Both the position numbers and the translations under genes were made by a program. A stretch of 64,000 bases of DNA from contig DASYTG010000059.1 in assembly GCA_036002525.1 (NCBI GenBank), forward strand, positions 6,071 through 70,070, written 5' to 3'. Origin of the DNA: Candidatus Limnocylindrales bacterium. GTDB lineage: Bacteria; Chloroflexota; Limnocylindria; Limnocylindrales; CSP1-4. The notes below the pieces were generated by a model. The model searched no databases. It was not told the origin of the DNA and was given only the letters and a program-made list of their open reading frames with translations. Within the stretch, counting starts at the first letter, position 1; each line of letters begins with the position of its first letter. Of the stretch, positions 53,018-64,000 are shown piece after piece.

Positions 53018-54097
53018 GTGACGACACTTCGACTCGACAACCGGAGCGCATACGAGCTCCTGCTGACGCTGCTCGTCTACTCGACGCCCCAGTGGGTCGA
53101 CACGTACGACGTCGGCCCGGGCTGGTTCGCCAGGATGGACAGGAAGGCCGGTCCGGACCTCAAGGACCGGATCTCGCGCCTCACGGCCGGCTGCGAGAAC
53201 CTGCTGCTCCCGCTGCTGAACGTCGCGGCGGATCTTCCCCTGCCCGGACGGGCGGACGCGCTCATCGACACGCTCGCGGCCCTCGAGCCGAAGGAGGTCC
53301 GCCTGACGCTGCTCGGCTACTACGCCACGCGAACCCGTCGGCGCGTGGCGGCCTCGCTCATCCGCGACGCGGCCGACGGCAGTCGAGCGGCCGGACAGGA
53401 GCTCGTCGAGGCGGCCGCCGACGGGCCTGAGTGCGAGCGGGCCCTGGCCGCGCTCCTCCGCTATTCGGACGAGGAGGCATCGGCGCTCCTCGTCGGCATC
53501 CTCCGGGACTGGTACGAGTCGGTGTTCCGCGACCTGTACGCCGAGATCCGGCCGGTTCTCGATCGCGAGGCCGAGCGCCTCCGCGGCCGGTCCCGCGAGC
53601 TGCCGCTCGAGGTGTTCCTCCGCGAGGTCTCGAACGGCGCGGAGGTGGTCCAGGGGCCCGGCGTCCACGAGGTCGCGCTCTTCCCGACCTGGGTGCTCCG
53701 TCCCTCGAACATCATCTGGGAGCACGGAGGAAGCCTGCTCGTCGGCGTGGCGATCCCGCCGGAGCACCTATCGATCGACCCGGAGGCGCCCCCCGATCGG
53801 CTCGTCAGCCTCGCGAGCGCTCTCGGCGACGACCGCCGGCTCCGGATTCTCCGCCGCCTGACGACCGGCAGTTACTCGCTCCAGGAGCTGTCGAGACACT
53901 TCGAGATCCCGAAGACGACCCTCCTCCATCACCTTGCGATCCTCCGGTCGGCGGGGATCGTGCGGGCCGGGCCAGGGACGAACGGCAAGTACGGACTCAG
54001 GACGGGGACCTCGGTCGAGATCCACCGGCTCCTCGACATTTACCTTCCCGCGATCCGGGCCGAGCCGGGACGGGCCACTCGCGACCTCCGGTACTGA
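53018..54097 (+). CDS. ArsR-family wHTH regulator with a large N-terminal DUF5937-like domain
   Basis: C-terminal LGDDRRLRILRRLTTGSYSLQELSRHFEIPKTTLLHHLAILRSAGIV. GTG 53018 is preceded by GGTGGAGGG and a perfect 22-bp palindrome. Confidence 0.7.
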   Translation: MTTLRLDNRSAYELLLTLLVYSTPQWVDTYDVGPGWFARMDRKAGPDLKDRISRLTAGCENLLLPLLNVAADLPLPGRADALIDTLAALEPKEVRLTLLGYYATRTRRRVAASLIRDAADGSRAAGQELVEAAADGPECERALAALLRYSDEEASALLVGILRDWYESVFRDLYAEIRPVLDREAERLRGRSRELPLEVFLREVSNGAEVVQGPGVHEVALFPTWVLRPSNIIWEHGGSLLVGVAIPPEHLSIDPEAPPDRLVSLASALGDDRRLRILRRLTTGSYSLQELSRHFEIPKTTLLHHLAILRSAGIVRAGPGTNGKYGLRTGTSVEIHRLLDIYLPAIRAEPGRATRDLRY

Positions 54098-54122
54098 GGG
54101 GCGCGGAGGCGCGACCGAGTCG

Positions 54123-55442
54123 TCAGGCCTTCGGGCGCGACCGGGCCGCGAGGCGGTCCTGGAGGCGGAACCACTCGCCGGCGAACGGCAGGAACCACGG
54201 TCGGCCCTCATACGGCGCCGGCACGAGCGGGAAGCGGAGGCGAGCCAGCGCCGGCGGCTCGCCGCCGCCCATCCATTCGGCCGCCCGCGTCCCCAGCCAG
54301 GTCGACATCGCGACGCCGGTCCCGCAGTAGCCCATCGCGTATGTGACGCCGCTCAGCTGCCCCACGTGCGGCATCCGGTCGAGGGTGAACCCGACGTTCC
54401 CGCCCCACGCGTAGTCGATCCGGTACCCGGCCAGCTGGGGGTGAACCTCGAGGAGGCCGCGGTGGAGGATCGCGGCCGTCCGGTCGACCGACGTCGGGAT
54501 GAAGCTCGCCCGCCCGCCGAAGATCATCCGCCGGTCGGCCGAGACGTGCCAGTAGTAGAGGAAGTTCTTCGTGTCGAAGAACGCCCGGCTCTTCGGCGAG
54601 AGCTCGGCGACCAGGTCGGCCGGCAGCGGCTCCGAGGCGATGATGTAGCTCCCGATCGGGATGAGCCTGCGCCGCAGCGCGGGGATGAAGCCGTCGGTGT
54701 AGCCGTTCGTCGCGACGAACACCTGGTCGGCCGCGATCCGGCCGCGGTCCGTCTCGACGACGAGCCCGCTGCCGTCGTTGCGCAGCCGGCGCGCCCGAAC
54801 CCCCTCGTGTAGGTCGGCCCCCGCGCGCTCGGCGGACGCGGCGAGGCCGGCGAACCACTTCCCGGGATGGAGCGTGCCGCTGCCGCCGACGGCCAGACCG
54901 CCGTAGTAGGCGTCGGTGCCGATCTCCTCGCGCAGCGGCTCGCGGGGCACGATCGTCGACTCGACTCCCACTAACGCGAGGCTCTCCTGGGCATCGTGGA
55001 GCTGCGGGACGTGGGACGGCGCGTAGGCGAGCTCGACGAATCCGCACTCGCGGAACTCGCACTCGATGCCCTCGTCGCGGGCGACCCCGGTCGTGAACGC
55101 ATAGGCCTCGAGCGTTTCCCGGTAGAGCGCCCGGCCGGTCTCCTCGCCGTACCGCTTGATGAGCGTCCTGGCGCCCCACTTGTAGCCCGGGTGAATGATC
55201 CCGCCGTTCCGGGTCGAGGCTCCCCAGCCGAGGTTGTGCGCCTCGAGCAGCGTCACCTTCGCGCCCTGCTGAGCGAGCCGGCGGGCAGCGGCAACGCCCG
55301 TGTAGCCACCACCGACGACGACGACGTCCGCCCGATCCGGGAGCTCGCGCCCTCCGCGGTCGGGCAGCACCGGCATCGTCGCGTGCCAGTACGGCCGCCG
55401 CTCGAAGTCCGGGTTGAGGCGCGCGGTCGGGGTCGTCACCAT
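54123..55442 (-). CDS. FAD-dependent oxidoreductase (DAO family)
   Basis: VVVVGGGYTGVAAARRLAQQGAKVTLLE dinucleotide-binding motif. Confidence 0.8.
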   Translation of the reverse strand: MVTTPTARLNPDFERRPYWHATMPVLPDRGGRELPDRADVVVVGGGYTGVAAARRLAQQGAKVTLLEAHNLGWGASTRNGGIIHPGYKWGARTLIKRYGEETGRALYRETLEAYAFTTGVARDEGIECEFRECGFVELAYAPSHVPQLHDAQESLALVGVESTIVPREPLREEIGTDAYYGGLAVGGSGTLHPGKWFAGLAASAERAGADLHEGVRARRLRNDGSGLVVETDRGRIAADQVFVATNGYTDGFIPALRRRLIPIGSYIIASEPLPADLVAELSPKSRAFFDTKNFLYYWHVSADRRMIFGGRASFIPTSVDRTAAILHRGLLEVHPQLAGYRIDYAWGGNVGFTLDRMPHVGQLSGVTYAMGYCGTGVAMSTWLGTRAAEWMGGGEPPALARLRFPLVPAPYEGRPWFLPFAGEWFRLQDRLAARSRPKA

Positions 55443-55518
55443 GCGGAGGTTAGCCCACGGCCGGCGCCCGGTCCGATGCGAATGACCGCCGACACCGGCC
55501 GCGGTAGGCTGGCGCAGG

Positions 55519-56508
55519 ATGTACGTCGAACCCGTCCGTACGATCTCGCCCGGCCGCAGCTCGAAGGCACGGGTCATTGCCGGGGTCGCGCTGCCGATCG
55601 TCGGCCTCATTCTGGTCGTGGCCGCCGGGGCCCTCGCACATCCGGCGGCACCGCCCCCACAGGATCGGGAAGCGGTGGTGCCCGAGATGCGCCCGCGGAT
55701 CGCGTCCCCTGTGGCGGCATCGGACGAGAGGGACTTTCCCCAGCGCGCCGCCCGGCTCGGAGTCCGGACGGTCGAAGAGGTCCTCGAGCTGCGCCGCGCC
55801 GACCAGCTCGGCGGCGAGTTGGTCGCCGTTTCCGCGTGGCTGACGCGTGGGTCACGCCAGCCCGACTGTCTTGCCGCGGGTGAGATCACCACCTCGCCCG
55901 ACCTCTGCCGACGGGTGGTAGTCCTGACTGATTCCCCGAGCCGATTGTCCACCCCTGGGCGGAGCGCCAGCCCCCGATGGCGCGGCCCTCACCTCCACGC
56001 GCAGGTCCTTCCGGGGACGTCGCTGGGCGCGTTCGGGCAGCCCCGTCGCGGCGCCATTGATGCCGAACCCGTGCCGGTCGTTGCACTCGGTCGCTTCGAC
56101 GACCCGCGAGCGGAGGACTGCCTGTGGGGACGCCACTGCGGCGAGTCGTTCGTCCTCGAGCGGCTCGTTTGGGTCGACGGCGCGTGGCCTCTGGTGCCGG
56201 TCGTGACCTCCGAGATCCGCCCCGGAGGCGTCGAGAGCAGCGCCGTCCGCTTCGGGCGGCTGATCGTTCGCGAGAGCGCACGCTCGCCGATCGTCCTGAC
56301 CCAGGCGCTCGTCGGCCGGGAGTGGCTGCCCCGGATCGATCCGCTGGCCGCCGAGGCGGTCGAGGGCCGGGATGCCGACACGGTCTGGTATTTCCGGATG
56401 ATCGGGCGACAGCCCTCGACCCTCCGATGGGCCGTCGCCGACGAGCGTGGCCGGATCCTGGCGAGCGGTGATCTCGAGGTCGGCCACGGCGCTGGCCTGC
56501 CGGGCTAG
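55519..56508 (+). CDS. membrane-anchored Cys-containing protein (hypothetical)
   Basis: N-terminal TM segment (VIAGVALPIVGLILVVAAGAL), two Cys pairs, and coding-like codon usage. No family recognised. Confidence 0.5.
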   Translation: MYVEPVRTISPGRSSKARVIAGVALPIVGLILVVAAGALAHPAAPPPQDREAVVPEMRPRIASPVAASDERDFPQRAARLGVRTVEEVLELRRADQLGGELVAVSAWLTRGSRQPDCLAAGEITTSPDLCRRVVVLTDSPSRLSTPGRSASPRWRGPHLHAQVLPGTSLGAFGQPRRGAIDAEPVPVVALGRFDDPRAEDCLWGRHCGESFVLERLVWVDGAWPLVPVVTSEIRPGGVESSAVRFGRLIVRESARSPIVLTQALVGREWLPRIDPLAAEAVEGRDADTVWYFRMIGRQPSTLRWAVADERGRILASGDLEVGHGAGLPG

Positions 56509-57910
56509 TCCGCGGCGTAGGCGACCCGACCGCCCGAGAGGGTCAGCAGCACGCGGCCGGGCAGATCCCGACCGACGAGCGGCGAGTTCTTTCCGCGGGA
56601 CCGGAGCTCGTCTGGGGTGACGGTCCAGCGCTCGGAGCGGTCGAAGAGGACGAGATCGGCCGGCTGACCTTCGACGAGGCCAATCGGCCGTCCGAAACCC
56701 GAACCGAGAACCCGAGCCGGTCCCGCAGTGAGCGCCTCGATTGCCCGCGCCAGCGGGAGCCGGCCGGCGTCGACGACTTCGAGCAGAAGGCCCAGCGCCG
56801 TCTCGATACCGCTGATCCCGTTCGCCGCCGAGCCGTACTCGACCTGCTTGTCGACGATCGTGTGGGGCGCGTGATCCGTTGCGACCGCGTCCGCGGTCCC
56901 GTCGAGCAACGCCTCGAGGCACGCGGCCGCGTCCGCGGCGGACCGCAGCGGCGGGTTCACGCGCAGCGTCGAGTCGTAGGGCGCGACGACGATCGCCTTG
57001 TCGCGCCACGGATCGTCGCCCGCTTCCCACGCCCAGCGCCGGGCCCCGGCGAGCCACTCGTCCGTCAGCGCGAGGTGGTGCGGCGTCACGTCGCAGGTCA
57101 CCGGCAGGCCGGCTGCCTTGGCCCGCCGGACGAGGTCGAGCGATGCGGCCGTCGAGAGATGGGTGAGGTGGAGCCGCGCGCCCGGCACGTCCCGGACGAC
57201 GTCGGCGAGCAGCGCGAGGTCGCGGGCCACCGCGCTCTCCTCGGCCGCCGCGGGCCAGCCGCGCAGTCCGAGCACCGTCGCGACCAGGCCGTCGTTCGCC
57301 TCGGCACCGGCCGTCAGCGCGAGGTCCTCGGCATGATCGACGACCGGCAGCCCCAGCGCCCCGGCGTACGCGAGCGCGGCGCGCAGCAGCGCGGGCGACC
57401 GAACCGGCGATCCATCGTCCGAGAACCCGACGACGCCCGCATCGGCCAGCTCGCCGAGCGCCGCGAGCTGCTCCCCTGCCCGGCCGGCCGAGACCGCGCC
57501 GTACGCGAGCAGCCGGACCGGCGACCCCGACGCCCCCGCCGCCGCCTGGACCCGGGAGAGGACGCTCGGCTCGTCGAGCGGGGGCGTCGTGTTCGGCATG
57601 AGGCAGACCGTCGTGAAGCCACCATGCGCCGCCGCCGCCGACCCCGAGGCGATCGTCTCCGCGTCCTCGTTGCCCGGCTCGCGGAAGTGGGCATGGAGGT
57701 CGACGAACCCTGGCGCGACCACGACACCTTGGGCGTCGACTTTGCCCGCCTCCTCGGCCTCGAGCCACGTCACGGTCTCGAGGATCCCGTCGCGGACGAC
57801 GAGATCCGCCGGGCCCTCCCGCCCGGAGACGGGCTCGACGACCCACGCCGCGGAGATCGACAGCTCGGCGACGAGCACTCCGACCCCCTCGGAGGCCCGG
57901 ACCGCGAGCG

Positions 57911-57914
<4 letters not shown>
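56505..57914 (-). CDS. pyrC: dihydroorotase
   Basis: APGFVDLHAHFREPG metal-binding HxH motif and a PNTTPP motif. Confidence 0.9.
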
Positions 57915-59649
<1,735 letters not shown>

Positions 59650-59719
59650 CTAGCGCAGCGCCCGGGCCGACAGGCGCGTGGCGGCCGACGGCTCGCCGGA
59701 GGCCTCGGCGGACGCCCGG

Positions 59720-60274
59720 TCAGTAGACCTTGACGGTGACCCAGGTCGTGCCCGACCAGGACGGGCAGCCGCAGATCGCGAAGAAGTCGGGGCGGTAGAG
59801 GTCGGCCACCCGCTCCGGGTGGACAGTCTCGTTCGGCCCGTAGTCGGTGACCGTTCGCTCGATGCAGCCGCCCTTGCCGCAGATGACGACGAGCGTGCCG
59901 CGGGGCAGCCGCATCGCGGTCGAACCACGGTCGTAGTAGGAGGCGTACCCGCTCAGCGTCATGCGGGGCGGCCGGTCGACCGCTCGGGGAGCCACGGCCG
60001 GCGGCTCGACGGCGGGCCGGATGGGCGCCGATCGATCCGCTACCGGCTCGACGAACGGGGCGTCGCCCTCGACGAATCCGTCCGATCGGCGATCGGGATC
60101 GAGCTCAGCGGTGGCCTCGAAAGGACCGCCGGTGGCCGCTCGGAGGGAGTCGAGGAACGCGGCGGCGTCCAGCGGGAGGTCGATCGCCGGCCGCCACCAA
60201 CCGATCGCCGGCAGGGCGACCAGCGCGAGGGCCGTGATCAGCGCCGCGGCTGCGATGGCGTTCCGTCGTTGCAC
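59720..60274 (-). CDS. RlpA-like double-psi beta-barrel (DPBB) domain protein with an N-terminal anchor
   Basis: GYASYYDRG...TAMRLPRGTLVVICGKGGCIERTVTDYGP resembles the RlpA/expansin-like DPBB fold. Confidence 0.6.
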   Translation of the reverse strand: MQRRNAIAAAALITALALVALPAIGWWRPAIDLPLDAAAFLDSLRAATGGPFEATAELDPDRRSDGFVEGDAPFVEPVADRSAPIRPAVEPPAVAPRAVDRPPRMTLSGYASYYDRGSTAMRLPRGTLVVICGKGGCIERTVTDYGPNETVHPERVADLYRPDFFAICGCPSWSGTTWVTVKVY

Positions 60275-60308
60275 CCGGCCACCTTACGCGACGGCCGAAC
60301 GCGCCGGT

Positions 60309-62252
60309 TCAGCGGATGACGACGACCGGCTCGTCTCCCGGGGCCGACTCGACCTTGCCGCTGGCGTCTCTCGTCCACGCGATGACCTCGACGTGGCTCC
60401 CCTTGCCGTTCTGCTGCGGCGGGGTGGCCCATGCGAGGCGGTCGCTCCCGATCGAGAACCCCGGCAGCGCCCGGTGCGACTCGAGGAGCGGCTCGTCGAG
60501 ATCGAGCCGGCCGGTCTTCGGGTTGACCACGTAGAGGCTCAGGCGTCCGATCGTCGGGTCGGCCGGGTCCGCGATCCAGATCGCGAGATGGCTGCCGTCC
60601 TCGTCCCAGCGGGCGTCCCAGTCGCCGATCGCGGTGTCCTCGAGGAGCTGGCCGGGCGGGGTCGGCTCGGGTGACCCGGTCTCGGCTGGCGGGGCGCTCG
60701 CGACGGGCGGGACGGGGCTGCCGGTTGATCCACGGGCCGGCACGGCCGACGCGCTGGGGCTCGCGGGGGCCTCCTCCGAGCCCGGGGCTCCCGGCGTCGA
60801 GGGAACCGCCGGCCACGAGCCGAGGACGAGGCGCCCGGCCCCGGGCTGCCAGTCGAAGCCGTTGTCGGCCAGGGTGAGGGTGCCGTCCCAATAGACGGCC
60901 AGGGATCCGGTCGGGTCGACGGAGGGGCGCCAGAATGGCGCCGCGTCGAGGACGGTCTCCACGCCCGTGGCGGGGTCGAGGAGGAACGCCTCCGGTCGGA
61001 CGATCGTCCCGGCCGCCGGCGTGCCACCGGCCGCTGCCAGGTCCGGGATAGCCCGGCTGCCGAGCAGGCGGCCGTCGAGCCAGCCGGAGAACACCGAGCG
61101 GTGATCGTCCGTGATCGGGATCGCCTCGGGCTCGCCGACTCGCCAGAGGTAGATATCCGGGCCGTGCGAGTCGTCGGCGGGGCGGGCGGAGAACCCGAAC
61201 CACTGGCCGTCTGCCGAATAGCCCGCGGACTGGCCGACGACGATGACGTCCGATGCGATCTCGAGCGCGCCGCTCGACGGAGTCGGTGTCGGGCTGTCGG
61301 GCGGGACGATGGACGGCGTCGCCGCGGGGGTCTCGTCCGGGGCGGGCGTGTCGGCCGGTGGCGGAGTGGCTGTCTCGACCGGCGGCGGTGAGGCCGTCTC
61401 GGCCGGCGGTGGGGTCGTGTCCGGCGGCGGCGGGGTGGCTGCAGCGCTCGGGGTCGGCTCAGGGGAGCTGCCAGGAGCGGTCGGAACCGGAACGACGACG
61501 ACCTTGCCGGACCCGCCATCCGTGTCGCCCTGGAGCAGGACGAGCTGATCGTCGTCCGGCGAGATGAGGACCGTCTGGGGAGGCGTATCGATCGGCTCGC
61601 CCGTACGCGGGCTGGCCTCCTCGATCGGCGCGCAGTCCGGGCCCTCGGACTCTGCGCAAACCTCGTCGATCGGGGAGAAGAACACGTCGATCTCGCCATC
61701 CGGACCGACGGTCATCCAGCCGACGTCGCCCGCGGCAACCACGATCGGGGTCCCGGAGGGGGCGATCGACCGGGTCGACGGGGTCGCCTGGGCGACCCGT
61801 GGCGAATTTGGCGCGGTCGACGGCAGGAGCACCGGCGTTCGACCGCCGCCGAGGAGCGACACGCCGACGACCACGGCGACGACGAGGAGGCCGGAGATCG
61901 CCCCGAGCGGCACGGGCGACGGCCGCCTCCGCCGGAGGATCGGGGTCCGCCCAACCGGGTCGGGCCGGAGTGACGGGCGCCGACGTGCGGCCTCTCGCTC
62001 GATCGCGGCGGCGGTCCGCGCCCACAGGTCGCGGGGCGGCACCGGCTGCCGGTCGCGCAGGGCGCGGAGCTCGAGGCGCTGGGCCTCGTAGCTGGTCGCG
62101 ACGGTCCGGCAGTCACGACACTCGTCCAGGTGCCGGTCGAGCCACTCGGCCTCGCCGGCATCGAGTACTTCCCACAGCCGCTCGGCCGCACGCGCGCGGG
62201 CGCGCTCGTGGGAAGAAGCCCAGGTCTCGCGGCGCCGGAAGCGGTCGGTCAT
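60309..62252 (-). CDS. zf-HC2 anti-sigma factor with TM segment, P/T-rich linker and large beta-propeller-like (TolB-like) extracytoplasmic region
   Basis: HLDECRDC zinc motif and one TM segment (ISGLLVVAVVVGVSLL). The ATG overlaps the sigma-factor stop (ATGA). Confidence 0.7.
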   Translation of the reverse strand: MTDRFRRRETWASSHERARARAAERLWEVLDAGEAEWLDRHLDECRDCRTVATSYEAQRLELRALRDRQPVPPRDLWARTAAAIEREAARRRPSLRPDPVGRTPILRRRRPSPVPLGAISGLLVVAVVVGVSLLGGGRTPVLLPSTAPNSPRVAQATPSTRSIAPSGTPIVVAAGDVGWMTVGPDGEIDVFFSPIDEVCAESEGPDCAPIEEASPRTGEPIDTPPQTVLISPDDDQLVLLQGDTDGGSGKVVVVPVPTAPGSSPEPTPSAAATPPPPDTTPPPAETASPPPVETATPPPADTPAPDETPAATPSIVPPDSPTPTPSSGALEIASDVIVVGQSAGYSADGQWFGFSARPADDSHGPDIYLWRVGEPEAIPITDDHRSVFSGWLDGRLLGSRAIPDLAAAGGTPAAGTIVRPEAFLLDPATGVETVLDAAPFWRPSVDPTGSLAVYWDGTLTLADNGFDWQPGAGRLVLGSWPAVPSTPGAPGSEEAPASPSASAVPARGSTGSPVPPVASAPPAETGSPEPTPPGQLLEDTAIGDWDARWDEDGSHLAIWIADPADPTIGRLSLYVVNPKTGRLDLDEPLLESHRALPGFSIGSDRLAWATPPQQNGKGSHVEVIAWTRDASGKVESAPGDEPVVVIR

Positions 62253-62878
62253 CGGTCGCGCTCCAGCGATCCGGCGGGCCGGGCGTCGGCGACGGCCTCG
62301 GCATCTCGCTCGAAGGCGAGCGCCTGGCGGAGGCTTTCCCGGGCGCGGGTGAGGAGCGCCCTGGCGGCGACGTGGCTGACGCCGAGGGCAGCGGCGAGCT
62401 CGAGGCCGGTCAGGTCGTGGAGCTCGGCAAGGAGAAGCGCGGCCCGCTGCCGTTCGGGGATCCGGTCGAGCGCCCGCTGGAGGTCGGCGGACAGGTGGAG
62501 GTCCATCACGAGGTGCTCGGCCGATGGCACGGCGCCGCGGGACTCGCCGGTCCACGGCAGGAACCTGATGATCTTCCGGCGCCGCAGCTCGTCGAGCGCG
62601 ACCCGGTGGGCGATCTGGTAGAGCCAGGCGCGGGCGTTTTCCGGCTTCTCGAGCGTGTCGTAGTTCCGGTAGGCCTTGACGAACGCGTCCTGGGTAAGGT
62701 CCGCTGCGAGCTCCCCGTCGCGGAGCATCCGGAGGAGGTAGGCATAGATCTCGCCGTGGTGCTTCGCGAACAGCTCCTCGACGAAGGCACCGGCGGTCGA
62801 GCGATCCCAGGTGCCGCTCATGGCGACACGGCCCGGCATCGACCGGATGCGGAGCTCGCCGCTGAGTTGGCTGACCAT
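62249..62878 (-). CDS. ECF (sigma-70 family group 4) RNA polymerase sigma factor
   Basis: The sigma-2 region is DLTQDAFVKAY...WLYQIAHR and the sigma-4 region is ERQRAALLLAELHDLTGLELAAALGVS. ATG 62878 has GGAGGG upstream; alternatives are 62839 and 62821. Confidence 0.8.
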   Translation of the reverse strand: MVSQLSGELRIRSMPGRVAMSGTWDRSTAGAFVEELFAKHHGEIYAYLLRMLRDGELAADLTQDAFVKAYRNYDTLEKPENARAWLYQIAHRVALDELRRRKIIRFLPWTGESRGAVPSAEHLVMDLHLSADLQRALDRIPERQRAALLLAELHDLTGLELAAALGVSHVAARALLTRARESLRQALAFERDAEAVADARPAGSLERDR

Positions 62879-62993
62879 TCGCCCTCCGGGCGGACGCTGG
62901 GGAGTGGAGCGCTGGACGGTAGGCGCTCGCTCGTTGGGCGGTAGACGGGGCGGCCGATCGGCGTGTGACGGAATCCGGCCCGCCCGGCGATCA

Positions 62994-63989
62994 TCAAGGG
63001 GCTCCGCTGCCGTTCTCCGGGGAGCGGCCGAGGAGCTCCTCGACTGCATCCTCGGGCGAGACCGGGTTGACCGGCAGCCCGGTCCCGACCTCGAGCCCCG
63101 CGATCTCGCGCAGACGTGGGTGTATCTCCCAGTGCCAGTGGTAGGTCGCCTCGACCTGTTCGCGGAGCGGCGCCGTGTGGAGGACGAGGTTGTACGGCGG
63201 TCCGTCCAGGCTGGCCGCGAGCCGGGCGAGGACCTGGCGGAGCGCCTCGGAGGTGGCCTCGACGTCCCGCTCGGACGCGGCCCCGAAGTCGGCGTTGTGC
63301 TGACGGGGGACGATCCAGACCTCGAACGGCGAGCGGGACGCGTACGGGGCGAAGGCCACGCTCGAGGCGTCCTCCCAGACGAGCCGGCTCGAGCGGCTCG
63401 TCTCGTCACGGACGCTGCGACACCACGGGCACTCCCCCTCCCGGATCACGAAGCGGGCCGAGCCGCCCAGCTCCTCGGCGATCCGGTGCGGGATCTGGGG
63501 CAGGTCGTAGACGTCGAGGCAGAGGTGGTTCGTCCGGGCGCCGGCCTGGGCGCCCCAGTTCTGGACGACCTGGACGTGCTCGGTCTGGCCGGCGCTGGTT
63601 GCCTCGGCCAGCGCCGCCCGGGCGCCCGAGACGAGCGCCTCGATCGTCGTCCGCCCGACCGCGTGGAGAGGGCGGTGCTCGCCGGGCGGGGCAACGACGG
63701 TCCTCCAGCTGCCGGTCGCCCGGGCCTGGGCGATCGCGACCTGGGCGACGCTCCGATCGAGCTCTCGCGCCTCATCCTCGGTCCCGACCGTGTGGAACGC
63801 GTAATCCTTGAGCACCCGAAGCCTGACGCCGTCGCCCTCGGGCAGGCGGCAGTTCTGGCAGTCGCCGCCATCGTCGACGAGCTCGGCCGGTCGGGCGAAC
63901 CGGTCGCGGTGGAAAGCACGGTCGACGACGGTGGCGACCCACCACGAGGTGATCGGGTCCTTGCGGAGCTCGAACAGGCCGGCGGTCAC
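62994..63989 (-). CDS. GalT-like (HIT-superfamily) nucleotidyltransferase/phosphorylase
   Basis: CxxC zinc motifs (CQNC, CPWC) and a YHWHWEIHP His-rich active-site-like motif in a two-half GalT-like layout. Confidence 0.65.
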   Translation of the reverse strand: MTAGLFELRKDPITSWWVATVVDRAFHRDRFARPAELVDDGGDCQNCRLPEGDGVRLRVLKDYAFHTVGTEDEARELDRSVAQVAIAQARATGSWRTVVAPPGEHRPLHAVGRTTIEALVSGARAALAEATSAGQTEHVQVVQNWGAQAGARTNHLCLDVYDLPQIPHRIAEELGGSARFVIREGECPWCRSVRDETSRSSRLVWEDASSVAFAPYASRSPFEVWIVPRQHNADFGAASERDVEATSEALRQVLARLAASLDGPPYNLVLHTAPLREQVEATYHWHWEIHPRLREIAGLEVGTGLPVNPVSPEDAVEELLGRSPENGSGAP

Positions 63990-64000
63990 GGGAGGTCGCC

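Overview
This is a very GC-rich, gene-dense segment that looks like the chromosomal core of an Actinomycetota-like bacterium. Supporting signs are Ni-SOD with its maturation protease, F420-type LLM oxidoreductases, PyrR, ECF sigma/anti-sigma, many GTG starts and GTGA/ATGA-coupled genes. GC content was judged by eye, not computed. I call about 60 protein genes. The main blocks, in order:
- 0.8-13.6 kb: an alpha-glucan locus with glgA, glgP, two GH57-type genes, a GntR regulator and a 1170-aa GH13 protein.
- 13.5-22 kb: DUF885, GNAT, amidohydrolase, lysA, and a YitJ-like homocysteine methyltransferase/MTHFR fusion.
- 22-25.5 kb: a LysM protein and sodN-sodX.
- 25.7-29 kb: two LLM oxidoreductases.
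- 29-32.7 kb: a MarR-MFS pair, a Rieske protein and a LOG-family protein.
- 32.9-47.7 kb: a DUF2089 module, ACT proteins, xthA, a GGDEF-EAL protein, an aminotransferase, a GcvT-family enzyme, a beta-CASP nuclease, and a fused ctaA-ctaB.
- 47.7-59.6 kb: a pyrimidine cluster split into two parts, pyrK-pyrD-pyrE and pyrR-pyrB-pyrC.
- 59.7-64 kb: an ECF sigma/anti-sigma pair and a GalT-like gene.

I found no rRNA, tRNA, CRISPR array, transposase, integrase or phage gene, and no recognisable defence system. I do not see a convincing novel multi-gene system, and most of the window is ordinary housekeeping. The leads I consider worth a second look are small-scale:
- A PyrR-type hairpin that occludes the SD of a 21-codon leader ORF, to which pyrR translation appears coupled.
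- Two long inverted-repeat-bounded structured elements in convergent intergenic gaps.
- Two SD-preceded micro-ORFs of 19 and 44 aa.
- An orphan ~440-bp non-coding stretch.
- Tandem-repeat arrays on both flanks of the YitJ-like gene.
- An acidic protein with an internal domain duplication, wired into the pyrK-pyrD-pyrE operon.
- The giant GH13 protein, which has an uncharacterised N-terminal region and a basic AKRAP-repeat tail.
- Repeated use of a shared CTAG double stop at convergent gene junctions.

All family assignments come from motif recognition by eye; no searches were run.
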